64,000 nt of DNA, from positions 248,124,001 through 248,188,000 of the forward strand of contig OZ024742.1 in NCBI GenBank assembly GCA_964016885.1. The letters are read 5' to 3'. The notes beneath the pieces are model-generated. The model did no database searches and was not told the DNA's origin. It saw nothing but the letters and a program-made list of their open reading frames with translations. Of this stretch, positions 13,380 to 28,097 are shown piece by piece. The DNA is from Eledone cirrhosa. Taxonomy: Eukaryota. Numbering within the stretch: the first letter of the stretch is position 1; each line of letters begins with the position of its first letter. Position numbers and translations under genes: made by a program.

Positions 13380-14282
13380 CTGAATACAATGAAAACCATG
13401 ACCGCAGGAAGCCACTTTGTTCTGGCTCCCTCTAATATCCTCCTCAGCCTCAGGATGTGGCTGGTGGTTGTTCTACCCTCTCTGAAGCCGTCTGGTTGTC
13501 CATGAGCTTCTTCTCCATCTCACGCTGGATCCTGTTAAGAATCATCTTGTTGAGGGTCTTTGCCACAAGTGAGGTCAGTGAGATTCTCCTGTAGTTGTTG
13601 GTGTTAGAGAGATCTCCCTTCTTTGGCACTAGGATGGTTTTCATTGACTTTAGGAAGGCCTTTGATTTTGTGGACCGTCACTGCCTGGTGAAGAACTTAC
13701 AGGCTTATGGAATCCCCAAGAATATAGTGGACCTGATATCACTGCTCTACACCAACACCAACGCCCAAATCATTACACCTGATGGGATGACAGAGTTCTT
13801 TGAGATACTGGCTGGAGTGCTCCAGGGAGATAGATTGGCTCCCTACCTTTTTATCATCGTAGTGGACTATTGTATGCGACTGGCACTGGAGAAAAACCAG
13901 GACTCTGGCTGTACTGTGGCACCGGCTCAGAGATTAATGGCTCTGGACATTAATCAGTATACACTGAGGATGAAAAACTCAGAGCTGAATAGGAGCCTCC
14001 CAAAATTCAGCTCAAAAGTGACACAGAGGAGACTGAGGTTAGCAGGACATGCTTACCGACATCCAGAGTTGACATTGCACTCAGTGCTCCTGTGGGAGCC
14101 CTTACATGAACACACTGCAAGAGGAAGATCAAGGTTAATCTATGTTGATGCTCTAAGGACAGACACTGGTCTGTTGTTGGAGACGCAGGACATAGCAGCG
14201 ATAATGAGGGACAGAGACCGCTGGAGAGAACTCATCCATGGATCTTGGGAATTTTACCCGCCCTAGAATGGCTGAATACAAT
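13380..14282 (+). mobile_element. RTE-clade LINE fragment with 5' inversion and target-site duplication
   Basis: Minus part: PKKGDLS..NYRRISL..GFR. Plus part: FIDFRKAFD..GVLQGD.LAP.LF..RRLRLAGH. CTGAATACAAT occurs at 13380 and 14272. Confidence 0.88.
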
Positions 14283-14845
14283 AAATGTAATGAGTTTTTC
14301 GAATATTAATAATAACATTCGATTCGTTTGCAATTATACGAACAAGCCTCAATTTTATAGCCATGTTAGTAGCATGAACCCTTCATTCTTTCTCTTGTGT
14401 TGGCATGTGAACAGAACTGCAGACACTAATGTTTCTGGGTATAACCCTTCATCACTTGAATTTGGCAAAGCGCCCGTTTATCGCTCGTATACAGGAAACT
14501 GACTGGCTAGTCTGCTGATATGCAAATCTGGCTGATCAGTGGATCTGCTAATATGCAGATCTGACCGATCAGCCAGTCTGCTAATATGCAACTCAGGCCG
14601 ATGAGTCACTGTGTATATTTGAAAATATATTTTCACTAGTTCTGACAGTTTGGCAGGTCAACAGTGAGCTGTACTGATGAAGGGTGATACCCATAAACAT
14701 TAGTGACTGCAGTTCTGTTGACATGCCAACACAAGAGCAAATGAAGGGTTCATTCTACTGGCATTGCTACAAAATTGAGGCTTGTTTACAAAATTGCAAA
14801 CGAAGCTAATATTAGTATTAATATTCGAAAAACTCAGATTACATT

Positions 14846-14850
<5 letters not shown>
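14278..14850. mobile_element. Older fold-back element with decayed HHRs
   Basis: Arms ~14278-14454 / 14675-14850. Consensus ctgta-CTGATGA-agggt..accca-GAAAC-attagt-GTC-tgcag, but each arm has core mutations. Spacer holds ~30-bp tandem units (14509-14610). Confidence 0.75.
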
Positions 14851-14895
<45 letters not shown>

Positions 14896-14897
<2 letters not shown>

Positions 14898-15232
14898 TGG
14901 CTGCCAACTCGTTTTCGAGTACGGCCACTACTTTACATCCATGTAGGATAACCCCTACCGAAGCGCTGAACGAGTGTGACTTTTTAGTCCAGCCAGCGAC
15001 TTGAAACCTCTGGTACAAACACTACACCTGTGACAATTATTGACACATAGTGCTGGGCCCATGGTAGGACAATTATTGACACATAGTGCTGGGCCCATGT
15101 GAGGACAAGTGCAGAGAGATCTCCAGATATAAAGCAATGCCTGTGCCGTGAAGCTTTTATAGTGAGCAAAGGCACTGCACAAAGCCAGTCCCACTCTCTT
15201 AACCAAGATGATATTTACCAAAAGGAAGAACT
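14896..15232 (-). mobile_element. RTE/BovB-like LINE 3' end
   Basis: Terminal zinc finger CSVCTRGFKSLAGLKSH; internal ~36-bp tandem duplication at 15033-15099. Confidence 0.65.
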
Positions 15233-15628
15233 TTATATATATAAATACATATATACATACATAAATTTCAATATACATACAGAGACACACACAGACACAC
15301 AATCCACACACACACATATATATATTTATAGATAGATAGATAGATATATTGACATATGCAATATGACGAACAATGCTCTCCTGTTGATTGTGGACAGAAT
15401 GTCAATGTCTGAATTACATTACAGACAGCTGTTTCTATTACACAAACACATAATTAACTACACATATATTGAAGTACTGATGCACTCACATACACTGATA
15501 CAGGTACACCGATAAACACCCACAGTCCCATCAACATATTAACATATTAGCAAATCACGTGTCTTAGAAGACGGTATTCAGTGCCACAGTTTGGGGGTAT
15601 GTAAACCGAAACCAATCGATCCATACGT

Positions 15629-15715
<87 letters not shown>

Positions 15716-15734
15716 TATATATATATAAATATAT

Positions 15735-15930
15735 ATTGTTTTGCTAGGTTGTTTATATGAAATCGTGTCTCGAAACAAATATTGTTATACTCGGTCAGTC
15801 AGTGAGAAACATTGAATTAACTATGGAGATATAAAATATGCAGAAGCGAGAACCAACCAAACAGTGAGTGTGTTCTGTTATCATTTCTGGCAATATTATT
15901 ACAATATTACCCTCCCCAAGTATAACAACA
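15735..15930. mobile_element. Diverged inverted remnant of family O terminal repeat
   Basis: ATTGTTATACT..CCAAGTATAACAA; similar to 45778-46036 and 55966-56525. Confidence 0.6.
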
Positions 15931-16044
<114 letters not shown>

Positions 16045-16061
16045 ATTAGAAGGAGCGAAAC

Positions 16062-16650
16062 GAACTGTGTGGTTACTGTAGACATGGTTTAAGATGGTAA
16101 TATGGACGAAACAAGAGAATGGCCCCTTCGTCACCTGTTTACTGCAGATCATAGATGGTTCGGCGCTTAAAACAGGACATCAAAATCTATCAGCAGCGCG
16201 CCCAAGTCCTTTTATCGATCAAAAGGCCACGAGGGAAAGAAAATAACAAATAGTGAGGAGAGAGGAAGAAAGAGGAAAAAACGAAGTAAACAAACCGAAT
16301 GGAACATGCATGTGAGCAACCGGGGAAAGAATAGAATTATTTACAACGAACCGATTAGACTTAATTGTTGTGGTGCAACAACTAGGAGCCATGTAGTTCC
16401 GTGCGGTTACTGTAAACAAGGTTTAAGATGGTAATATGGATGAAACAAGAGAAGGGCGCCTTCGTCAGCTGTCAACTGCACATCATAGATGTTTCGGCTC
16501 TTAAAACAGGACATCAAAATCTATCAGCAACGCGCCCAAGTTCTTTTATCGTTCAAAAGGCCAAGAGGAAAAGAGAAGAAAAAATAGTGAGGAGAGAGGA
16601 AGAAGGAAGAAAAATGAAGTAAACAAACCGAATGGTTCAATAACTAGGAG
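16062..16650. repeat. Direct tandem duplication of a ~335-bp unknown element
   Basis: GGTTACTGTA.AC..GGTTTAAGATGGTAATATGGA at ~16070 and ~16405. Confidence 0.8.
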
Positions 16651-16968
16651 CGATGTAGTACGTGCGATCTCAACAGAGGGAGGGTAGAGAGAGAAACGGA
16701 GCAACGGGAAGTGAGAGGGAGAAGGGAAAGGGAGATAATCCCAAAATGTTTTACGACATGTGTGAAACGTGTCGTAAACGATCGAAACCAGAGGAGTTTG
16801 ACGACATGTTTCACAATGATCGAATATGAGCAGATGGATATGAAGAAAGAGAGAGGGGGGAGAGAACAAGAGAGAGAGAAGGAAAGAGCCGATATCAAAG
16901 CGTGTGTGCTTGTGTGTGTGTTCATGTATACAACTATTTATAAAAACGCGCATATATATATATGTTTA

Positions 16969-17060
<92 letters not shown>

Positions 17061-17099
17061 CATATATATATATACAAAAGGACCAGGTACACACTTTAA

Positions 17100-17300
17100 A
17101 TGAGGTTGGCGTTAGGAAAGGTATCAAGCTGTAGTAACCCAGGCCAGAATCAGTCCTGGCGCTAGGAAAGGCATCCAGTCGTAGCAAACCAGCCATATCA
17201 ACTCTGCTATATGAGTGAGACACGGTCACCCGAACCAACTTATCTCTCAATAGGACAAACCGATCTAACCCATGATGGAAGTTAAACGATGATGATGATG
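17100..17300 (+). mobile_element. SINE/LINE 3' fragment ending in (GAT)n
   Basis: GGCGTTAGGAAAGG(C/T)ATC(C/A)AG motif twice, GTTAAAC(GAT)n tail; similar tail inverted at ~57057-57090. Confidence 0.5.
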
Positions 17301-17340
17301 AAGATGTTGATGAGGATAATAATGAAGATGATGATATATG

Positions 17341-17420
<80 letters not shown>

Positions 17421-17588
17421 ACTTTATGGCTGATTAAACGGTTGTATCTACTAAGACACACTAATAAATATGTTACTAGATGTCAAAACATACATCTTCT
17501 TTATGTACGAATATCTATTAATATTATATTTACAGATCTTTCTCCCTTCTGCTCTCCCTCACTCTATCTTTCACTTTCGTTCTCATAC

Positions 17589-17627
<39 letters not shown>

Positions 17628-17639
17628 CGTTAAGTGTGT

Positions 17640-17680
<41 letters not shown>

Positions 17681-18562
17681 AGAGAGAGAGAGTGTGTGTG
17701 TGTGTGTAGAAAGAGTGAGGTAAATAAAGAAGGAGAGACAGATACATACCCATTATTTCTTATAAACTCCAACCTATGAAGTAACCCAATCTATGATTAA
17801 TATTGCTATATTGCACATATAATAAACATTTGGTCGTTGTTTATGGCTGCTTCCAAACATATGTTTCGTTTGGCTAAATATTTTAATAACTAACCTAAAA
17901 CTGCACTAAATTTCCGTGGAATTTAAAAATATGGTTAATATAGTTAAATACTAGCGCTTGTTTACCTTTGAGATTCCGCATCTCGTTAGCAAATTTTGAA
18001 CATTTTTCCACATTTAAAGCATTGACAATTATACAAAGGGTTTGTATTAGATTTAGAGAAAGCGTTCATTGCGCATGTTTATAATCCATAAAATAATTTG
18101 GAAATGTTTATTATGTAAGACAACATACATAAAGATGTCCTCAGTCGGAACTTCAAATGAATTTGATAATCCTATTTATGAGTTTTGATAATGTAATTTA
18201 TGGTGTTATGTAAACTCACCATTTAATGCATTTCAGGCACGACGTGATCTGCTGACGTTTTCATTGAAGTATAAATGTTTGGGATCCATGCACACGTACA
18301 CACACAAACGCGAACACACACACACGCACACACACACGCACACACAAACACAAACGCACACACACACTCGCACACACAAACAACATACACACAAACAACA
18401 CACATACATGCATATATAGATGCATACAGACACACGTGGTTACATATGTATATGCTCGAGTACATGCAAACATTAACTCATATGTGTACATCATTCATAT
18501 GTATATATATATAGAGATACGCACACACACACACATGCACATACACACACACACACACACAT

Positions 18563-18654
<92 letters not shown>

Positions 18655-18657
<3 letters not shown>

Positions 18658-19135
18658 ATAAATGAAGAATTCGAAATAGAAGCCAGGAATATCCGTTATC
18701 AGTGGTCTACTAACCATAATAGGTATTTCTTCACATTACAGACCATATACCTCAAGCTAGGGCAATACAATAACTAAATTAAGTTATTGGGATAAAAAGA
18801 GTTGGGTGGAGAAAGAGAGGCAGGTAAACAAACACGAATGGTGAGGCACGTGAAGAGAGGAATAAATGAGAAAATCAAGTTAATAATTCATTTTGAACAT
18901 AAGAACTTGCGAATATTGACGAGAAGGCAAAGACACATCTTGGCCGTGCGGATGTGAGCGAGGAAAGAATCTCGTACGGTGAGAGACGATGGAGAAAGTG
19001 AGAGAGGGGGTGAGTAGCAGAGAGGGTGTGAGTGAAAATGTGAGGAAGAGGCTGCGAAGAAATACCTATGATGGCTAGTAGACCACTGATGACGTATATT
19101 CCTGGCTTCTATTTCTAATTCTTCATTTATTATAT
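18655..19135. mobile_element. Element with ~80-bp inverted ends (PLE-terminal-repeat-like, family G)
   Basis: 18655-18735 is inverted to 19054-19135; body is inverted to 20278-20662. Confidence 0.75.
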
Positions 19136-19480
19136 ACTAGCAGAGGCACCCGGCATTGCTCGGGTATTAAATAGCAGTTGTGTATACCATTTATGTCAAT
19201 ACTTCAGTGCTGCTTCGAAAACTATACTTATTCATGTGTAGGACAAACGTAGCCCATGTGTCAAGTTTTGTTAAAATCGGTGTCGAACTCCAGAAATTAT
19301 GACGTTTTGTTGCATTGCACTGCAGTGCTTCAGCCGACTCCAGGAAAGTGGTTATCTGCCGGGAGGCCCCATAATCAATATCAGGAAAAATGAAAGCGCC
19401 CATGACCATCCGGAGTACATATGTAACCTATGTCTTAAGTTTGGTGAAAATACTGTAGAAATGCATAAGGTTTATACATA
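19136..19480. mobile_element. Helentron/HINE (DINE-1-like) non-autonomous element
   Basis: Terminal TACTAGCAGAGGCACCCGGCATTGCTCGGG hairpin; internal AAGTTTTGTTAAAATCGG / AAGTTTGGTGAAAAT motifs. Confidence 0.55.
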
Positions 19481-19699
19481 CGCGTGCGTTTATGTGTGTG
19501 TTTGTGGGTGAGTATGTATTTGTGTGTGCGTCTGTATGTGTATGTCCGTCGGGGCATACGTATGTACTGGCCTAATCTTCACTATTTAATTTTACTATTT
19601 TAATAACCTCTGTCATTTTCGTTTTCAATTTTATTTACATCATTCTTAAACTCCGGGGCTGGAAATCATTCTGTTATTTTAAATAGAATATTAGTCTAA

Positions 19700-20662
19700 C
19701 GACTCCATTTATACCATAAGCTTGGTCTTGTTTTTGCATGAAATTGTTCTTTTCGCTCCACATAACGACGTATTATCCTCGCCTTTTTCCCGTTCATTGC
19801 CAGGGAATGTCTTCACGAACCAAAATATCGTCTACCTGTTTTCGTTCTGTTGCAACGTTTCTCGAAATATTTACTTCTGCGTTCACATATTACTCTCAGT
19901 TCAATTTGAATGGGAAATTCCTGTTTCATCGATTTTCTCCGTAACCATGGAAGCTTGTAGCTTGAAAGTCGAGCCAACGCCTCCGCGGGTCATTCTGCAT
20001 AACTGTGTACATTTGCGCTGCATTCCACCAAGTCATTTCAACGTTTATCCGACTGCACCTACTTACTTAAATATACAACCTCTGACCACTTCCAATTTAT
20101 ATCGTAGATATTCTATATGCAACAACACAGCTCGTCGTTTTTCATTCATATATGCTTTCCCCTTCGCTGTGAACTGTATTTTTCTCTTCCCTTGCTGCTA
20201 TCCTCTTTCTCTCTCCCTCTTCTCTCTCCTCCCCCTTTCTTTCACTCACCCCCTCTGCTAGTCACCCTCTCTCGGCTAGCCTCTTCCTCACACTTTCACT
20301 CACTCACTCTCTGCTACTCGCTCTCTCTCTCATTTCCTCCATCGTCCCACACCGTACGAGATCCTTTCCTCGCTCACATCCGCACGGCCAAGATGTGTCT
20401 TTGCCTTCTCGTCAATATTCGCAAGTTCTTATGTACAAAATGAATTATTGACTTGATTTTCTCATTTTTTCCACTCTTCACGTTGCCTCATCATTCCTGT
20501 TTGTTTACCTGTCTCTCTTTCTCAACCCAACTCTTTTTATTCCAATAACTTAATTTAGTTATTGTATTGCTTGAGGTATATGGTCCTGTAATGCGAAGAA
20601 ATACCTATGATGTCTAGTAGACAACTGATGACGGATATTCCTGGCTTCTATTTCTAATTCTT
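19700..20662 (+). mobile_element. Degenerate PLE 3' part (family G)
   Basis: FTNQNIVYLFS.CC..IYF resembles a decayed GIY-YIG. 3' part matches 18655-19053 inverted. Another fragment at 34361-34480(-). Confidence 0.55.
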
Positions 20663-20663
20663 T

Positions 20664-20773
20664 TCCGTGCCATGCACGGTTCGACTTCTTGTCGAGCATC
20701 GCTTCTGTGCCAGCCTCTTTTCCGTGCCATACATGGTTCGACTTCATGTCGATCTTCGATTCTGTGCCAGCCC
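20664..20773. repeat. ~57-bp tandem repeat x2
   Basis: TTCCGTGCCAT.CA.GGTTCGACTTC.TGTCGA..TTCTGTGCCAGCC occurs twice. Confidence 0.8.
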
Positions 20774-21719
20774 CATTTTAATTGCAAGGCAAATAAATGC
20801 ACATAAGTTTGTGATTATTAATTTGGTTGATCTTTGTTTGTCTCTGTTCGTATTTTGTCTTTTGGGATTTCAATTTCTTTTCTTTTTTGGGGGTTTTCAT
20901 ATTTCTGTTTTCAACCTTATTTGACAGTAAATTTATTAGGATTTCGGTTTGTTATTCTTAATATTTTTTTGTTTTTCGTGTTCCCTTTTTGTGATTTTTG
21001 TTGTTTTCTTGGTGGAGAAAAGAACTTCAATTCTTATCAGTGAACCAAATCTTCCGGGTCAAACCGGGTTAAACAGTTAGTATAATATATATATATATAT
21101 AGTCTTTAATGCGAAGAAATACCAATGATAATCAGCCGACTATATATATGTACAGATATATACATGTATGTATATATATATACATCCATGTATACATATA
21201 TACATGCATATATGCCTACAATCTTCCATACATATACGCATACGTATATACCAGTGTGCATACATACAGACATGCATACATGATGGCTGCAACTCAATTT
21301 CGAGTAATGCTACCGTTTGATACTGGAGTATGAGCAGCACATACCAGGCATTTTAGTTCTAGGGACGCGCAGTAGCAAGACGACGACCGGGACCTGGCTG
21401 CAGGGCTCTGGGACATCTGCCAGGCCAGACTACTTTAATACCCGTTCCAGAGTCCAGGGCCAGCCACACCGTGAAACGCAAAAGATTTCACATATCACGC
21501 AAAGCTTATGCGTGATGCTTTTTTAAGTGAGGAAAGGATTTGCACATAGCAAAAACCACTCTCAAAACAGCGTAAAACTGTTCTGCATCACTGGATGCAA
21601 ACGAAGGCGCAGGTTTTACATCAGAGTGACCTATTCCTAGAGAGATATATTAATGAAGACTAGGTGTCTCACATTGCACTTCCCTCACAAAAAATAATAT
21701 ATATATATATATATATATA

Positions 21720-22885
21720 TTTGCTTGGTTGGTCCTTATCTCCCCTGAGATCCTCCGCCCTGTGGCGGGTTTTGTGTTTCATACCGAAAGGTTTCCAAAA
21801 CCTCCCTCCTCAACAAACCAGCTTGGTGTGGAGTTGCCAATTCAGTCGCCGGGGATCCTATCAGGCACACGTTTTATAGAGTTACATGTTACCAGTAGCG
21901 ATGAAAACAGGCCTGATATACATACATACTTGATGGCTACTATCTCTGCTAAGAGTATTGCAATTGTTTGTCAGATTACAGAAAATGGTGCACTTTTAGG
22001 CTACGGTCAGTCACACGAACCTATAACATAATGCCTGAATAAGTAATGCCTGTGCTTTGAAGGTTTTTTAAGTGGGGAAAGGATTTGCTCTCGACCAATC
22101 GAACTCTTTGAGAATCAAAGACACTACCCGAAAAGGAAAACTGGTCAACGTCATCGGATACTTCTGAAGCCGCAGGTTTTTTTTTCAGTTTCCCTCTCTT
22201 AGAATGGTGTTGTGACAATAACTGTGTCCTTTCACTCCCAGGCGAAAAGAAATATACGTACAAACCCACACATATACATGATAGCTGCCCCCTCCTTATC
22301 GAGTATGGCAATTGCATGTTATACTATTATTAATAATTATTAATTAATTCTATCGTGCAATGCCTGTGCATGAAGATATTTTTTAAATATCTGTGCACTG
22401 AGCCAATCCCACTCTCTGAGCGACAGTAGCTATAACCCGAAAAGAAGAAAAGATCAACATCATCGGTTACTACTGAGCCGCAGGTTTCATATCGGAGTTA
22501 TCCCAGTTTCCTGATTTGCCTTCTCCTAGAAGAATTCCATGACAAATGCTTGGTGTCCTTCACTCCCAGTGGTTAAGCCGCGCGATTGGGTGTCCAGCCC
22601 GACTATTTTTATGTTTCCGCGCATAGACATAGACATGAACACATCTATATACACATATACATATACATACATATGTACACGCGTATATACATATTTACAC
22701 ATTCTCGGATGGCTGTTGACTCCTATGAGTTCTTTCGCCCTTTGTCAAGTATTGTTTGTTGTCCTGCAGGGTGTCCAAAATCACCCTCCTCACCAAGTAA
22801 ACTTGATGGGGTTGCCGGTTTAATTGCCGACGTCCCGTCTATGCGACAGGTTGTACTGGGTTACATGTTACCAGTACCACTCAAG
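21720..22885. mobile_element. Duplicated degenerate repeat segments, possibly RTE-related
   Basis: 21725-21900 resembles 22705-22880; 22085-22240 resembles 22400-22550. Confidence 0.4.
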
Positions 22886-24949
22886 AGTGACGACCATACA
22901 TACATACATGCATACATGCATACATACATACATACATACATACATACATACATACATACATACATACATACATACATACATGCAATATGTGACGATCTTA
23001 AATATCAATTAAATATGCGTACGTATATACCTAAGATTTATATGAATGTAACTTACTATACAGAAATCTTGAGCTTAGACATTCTTTTTTACTTTATGTC
23101 ATTGCATTTTCTGGTAACACTTATCACGTTTGGCAATACTATAGATACATGTTATATATCTTAGTCACAAACGATATAGTTAAATACGATACATCATATT
23201 ATGATTTACGTTTCTATCGGTTCACAATACAAATAATGTTTTGGGCGCATCATATTTTTGTCAGACAAATTCTATAGAAATTCTATAGAAATTTTCAAGT
23301 CGAATATTATTGTTTCCATATTGTTTCTTCTCAAGAACTATTCGTATTTTCATTTTCGACAATCTAATTAGTTTTATCAGTGGGAATTTGCATTACGACA
23401 GGGTGTAATCACTTGATTATTGTAAACACATTATTTTAACGTCACTTTCCTGGGATAATGACAACAGACAACGCAGGTCATTAGTGGTTTAAAATGTTAT
23501 TGTCTTCCTATAACCTCGTTTCACCAGAGTTAAATTTAAGATCTTTTCAATTCCTATTTTTTCCGTCTCTTTCTTTCCAATGATGCAATGAATAATAACA
23601 ACAATAAAATGAGTAAATTTTATTGAATTCAGGCTTTAATCTTTAATTTCTTTTTTAAACCATCAAATTTCTCAACATATTATTTTATTCGGAAGATTTC
23701 CAATAGAATAATAAAACGAAAACACAGAATCAAAAGCGGCGGAACGAAATAAATGAAATAAACTAAATAGTTACAAAAACAACACATTGAAATATTTGAA
23801 AACTAAAAGTTAATAGTTTAAAGATGAATGAATTGATTACACATTCATTTTCAGTTACCATTTTTAAATAAGAGTTTAAATCCGCAACTTAATGTTGTGT
23901 TAGTAGCAGAAGAAAATGTTACATGAAATTGTGACGTTCAAAATTTAAACATTTAACACAACATAATATAAAATTGAATATATAAATATATTAAAACGGG
24001 AAATGGTTGAGAAGCGGTGGTTAGAATTATCACGTTTGACTTTAAGCATCGACATAAAATATATACCTTCATGTATTTATTGAATAAAATAATCAAATCA
24101 TGGTAGAGTCATTATACGTTTTTCGAAACACACATACACTAAATTAAGTTTATTGTTAATCTAAGTGGATGTTTATGTCACTGATGCTGTTTTTTATTCC
24201 CACGTTATGTCTAAAGACGTAGAAGCATGTAGTTACATCACACTAATCGACTTCGACCATCCACTCTTAAAACTGGAGCACGCATACCTATGTAAGAAAC
24301 CAATTTAGTATATATTGTAATGGATTCTGAATCGAGGTACAGTATTGGAGGCAATGGATTTAATATAATAAATTATATCCTGATATTGTCATATTGTTCT
24401 AGTGCACATGAGTTTCTATACATATGGGTATACGAAATGGAATGGCATAGTGAGATTTTCAGTCATAATTAATGTAGTGGTTATGTAGAAGTAGATATCG
24501 AAATAGAGAGAAAGAGTGGAGCTTGGCCCATTGTGTAACATATAGAGAATGGAGTGGAATGATTATTGTAGAATTGACGATTGGAGTTTACATTCTAAAG
24601 TCTCACGAACTACAGTATTAAGAATCTAAGTATAAACATATGCAATGACATTGAAAGATAAACTATTCCAAATCACAGTTTCAAGAACTATCCGAAATTT
24701 CCCGACTACTTTCATATTTTGCAGATTTATACATGGTGATTCCTCGAAGGCATATAAGTAATTTTGGATTCTCTCTAGTCATATATTAAAGAAACCAATA
24801 CGAGGAAAAGAGAGCGGTTAACTTCCTTCATTTTGAGGGTAACCGCTTTCACTAAATACCTGTATTTCCAATATATGTTAACGTAGGTTCTCCTCGGTAA
24901 CATTTCGATTATATTTAAAGAAACAATAGTACATTTGTCAAACACCTAA

Positions 24950-25032
<83 letters not shown>

Positions 25033-25741
25033 ACACACACACACGTACTTCCACACACACACACAATTCCACACACCCACTCATATGTTATCTGATATAA
25101 TATATATACATTCTATATTAATACCTCGGAAAACGTATTATTATTGTGTTGAGAAATAAAAAAAAAACTACCAACGCATCCGCTCTCTCTCTCTCTCTCA
25201 TACACCTACTCACACACCAAACACACAACACATACCAGACTTTCCCACACATACCCAAACACACACCTTCACATATATGAATTGAATGGTATAATATAAT
25301 GTTTTCTGTATTAATACTAGAGAAAACAGTACTATTGTGTTGATAAACAAAAAAAATACAAAATACAAACGCTTACACATACTCTTTCTCTCTCTCTCTC
25401 ACATACACATATACAAACACACATACACACTCGCGCACTCATACACATACACAAACATTACTCACGGTTATCTTCATACGGTTTCTACCTGAAGAAAAAA
25501 TACGACGAAACTTTGAGATAAAGAATAAAAGATTAAAGGAATGAGATGGAAGATAAATATTTCTTATCCCCTTCCCTCTATTTTTCTACCATACTCTCTC
25601 CCCCTCTCTCCTCTCATTCTACTCTCTTGTTCTCATCTTCATTCTTTCATTTTTCTTCTCCTCTCCCGTCTACTCTCATTTTTCTCACACTCATCCATTG
25701 TTCACCTCTTCCTTCTCTCATTCTTCTCACCATCCTCTATT

Positions 25742-25824
25742 TTCTTCTTCTTCTTCTTCTTCTTCTTCTTCTTCTTCTTCTTCTTCTTCTTCTTCTTCTT
25801 CTGCTGCTGTTGCTGCTGCTGCTG

Positions 25825-25890
<66 letters not shown>

Positions 25891-25935
25891 GAACAACAAC
25901 AACAATAACAACAACAACTAATACTACTACTACTA
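25742..25935. repeat. Compound trinucleotide microsatellite (TTC)(CTG)(CTA)(CAA)
   Basis: Seen directly; similar (TTC)n(TAC)n at 37090-37197. Confidence 0.95.
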
Positions 25936-26587
25936 CACGCCCTAAACACTACAGCACTAATACCACCATCAACAACAGAAACACCGCCACCTACACTACA
26001 CTACAGGAAACACTACAGACACTACATCACAACCAACAACCTTACAACTGCACTCCTACATAACTACACTATCACCACCACCACCATCATCATCGTCACC
26101 AACACCATCACTACAACGAATACCACCATACAAATGTATTATGTCCTCCGATATTATTCACAACTATTCTACTTAAGGACAGTATAATATCAGCGTGTGT
26201 AGATGTGTTTATGTGTGTATTTATGCATTGCCATGTGTGTGCGTGCATGGGTTAGCTGTGGATGCATGTGTGTGTATGAGCTGATTTGTGTGTGTTCCTT
26301 CATATGTGTATACGCATCTGGTTTGTGTGTGTGTGTGTATGTGCGTGCCTCTGGCTGTCTCGGTTCTTCTTTTTATGACATAAAGACACTGTTTCTCCCC
26401 TCTGCGTGTCTCCGATGGTTGTGTCTGTGTAAGTGTGCATATGACATTGCAAATAATTATATATATATACATATATATAATACATATATATATAATATAT
26501 ATATATACATATATCTATACATATATGTATATTTATATATACGTATATTTATATACATATATATATATACACACACACACACATATG

Positions 26588-26620
<33 letters not shown>

Positions 26621-26621
26621 G

Positions 26622-26688
<67 letters not shown>

Positions 26689-26689
26689 G

Positions 26690-26756
<67 letters not shown>

Positions 26757-27054
26757 GTATATATATGTGTGCGTCCATGTGATGGGTGTGCAAGTATGTG
26801 CATGTTTGTGTATGTAGTAGTGCCTGTAGATATGTGGCTGTGTCTACTCTTTTCTTGCCATAAAGACACGGTGTTGTTGTTGTTGTTGTTGTTGTTGTCT
26901 TGCCTAAAACATTAATCTGGATAAGATGGAAGCAATCACAACATATATTCATCAATGGCTTGATCGATTGACTGTAGATATGAATATATATATATATATA
27001 TATATACATACATATATATGCATATATATATACATACATACATACATACAAACA

Positions 27055-27121
<67 letters not shown>

Positions 27122-27569
27122 GAGGGCGGCATACAAGTCGTGGAAAAGTACTCAATCCCAAAATTGAGAATATTATATTTTTATTATATTACTTAAATTA
27201 CTATGAGTTTCGCGAAGTGCCACTGATAACGAAACTGGAAATAATACTACAAGACGCAGTATATATGACTATTTAAAAAGGTGTGGTTATTACCCACGCA
27301 CTACTTCAGACTGAGAGTTCTTGCAGATAAATATAAAGATATTCTAAAGAAGAGAATAAACTACATTCATAATAACACATACGGATGCGCTCAGTCCCGC
27401 CTTCTTACACACTCACAATGATACATCCGCATATAAAAGCACACGCCTATATGCATATGTGTGTGTGTATGTTTTTTGTTTATGTGTGTCAGTGTGTGTG
27501 TGTGTGAATGTATATGTATATACACACATATCTACACACGCTCACACACACATACCTATATGGATGTTG

Positions 27570-27592
<23 letters not shown>

Positions 27593-27600
<8 letters not shown>

Positions 27601-28021
27601 GTTAAACAAGGTTCAATGAATAAATCAATGAATAAAGTTTCACAATAGATTAGAAGCACTCCACAGCAATGGTTTTCTGGAGTTATTAATATTAATTCAA
27701 AATATTAATAAATATAGACATTCATGTGATCAAGTATATTTTATTATACATATTTCAGAGGTACTGAGCTATTTTAAACAGTACGTCCTCATCTGATAAA
27801 ATAAGTTGATTCTTGACATACCTTGACTATGTTGATGTTTAAAATTCAGTCATGGCAGTCTGTCATGACTGAATTTTAACCATCGACATAGTCAAGGTAT
27901 GTCAAGAATCAACTTATTGTATCTGATGAGGACGTACTGTTGAAAATAGCTCTGAAATATGTATAATAAAATATACTTGAGCACATGAATGTCTATATTT
28001 GTTAATATTTTGAATTAATAT
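27593..28021. mobile_element. Fold-back HHR element (family H)
   Basis: Centre ~27859. HHR 27915-27973(+) has an 8-nt stem II deletion; HHR 27737-27803(-) has CAGATGA. Left arm longer. Confidence 0.85.
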
Positions 28022-28097
28022 ATATATGTATATATGTATATATATATGCATATATATATATGTATAAATATGTATATATATGTATATACATATATAA

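Noticed and set aside
14509-14610. Short periodic repeats resembling a CRISPR array
   Set aside because: No unique spacers, eukaryotic context, no cas genes.
19054-19110. CTGATGA in family G inverted ends
   Set aside because: No correctly placed GAAA/UH and stems, so not called a hammerhead.
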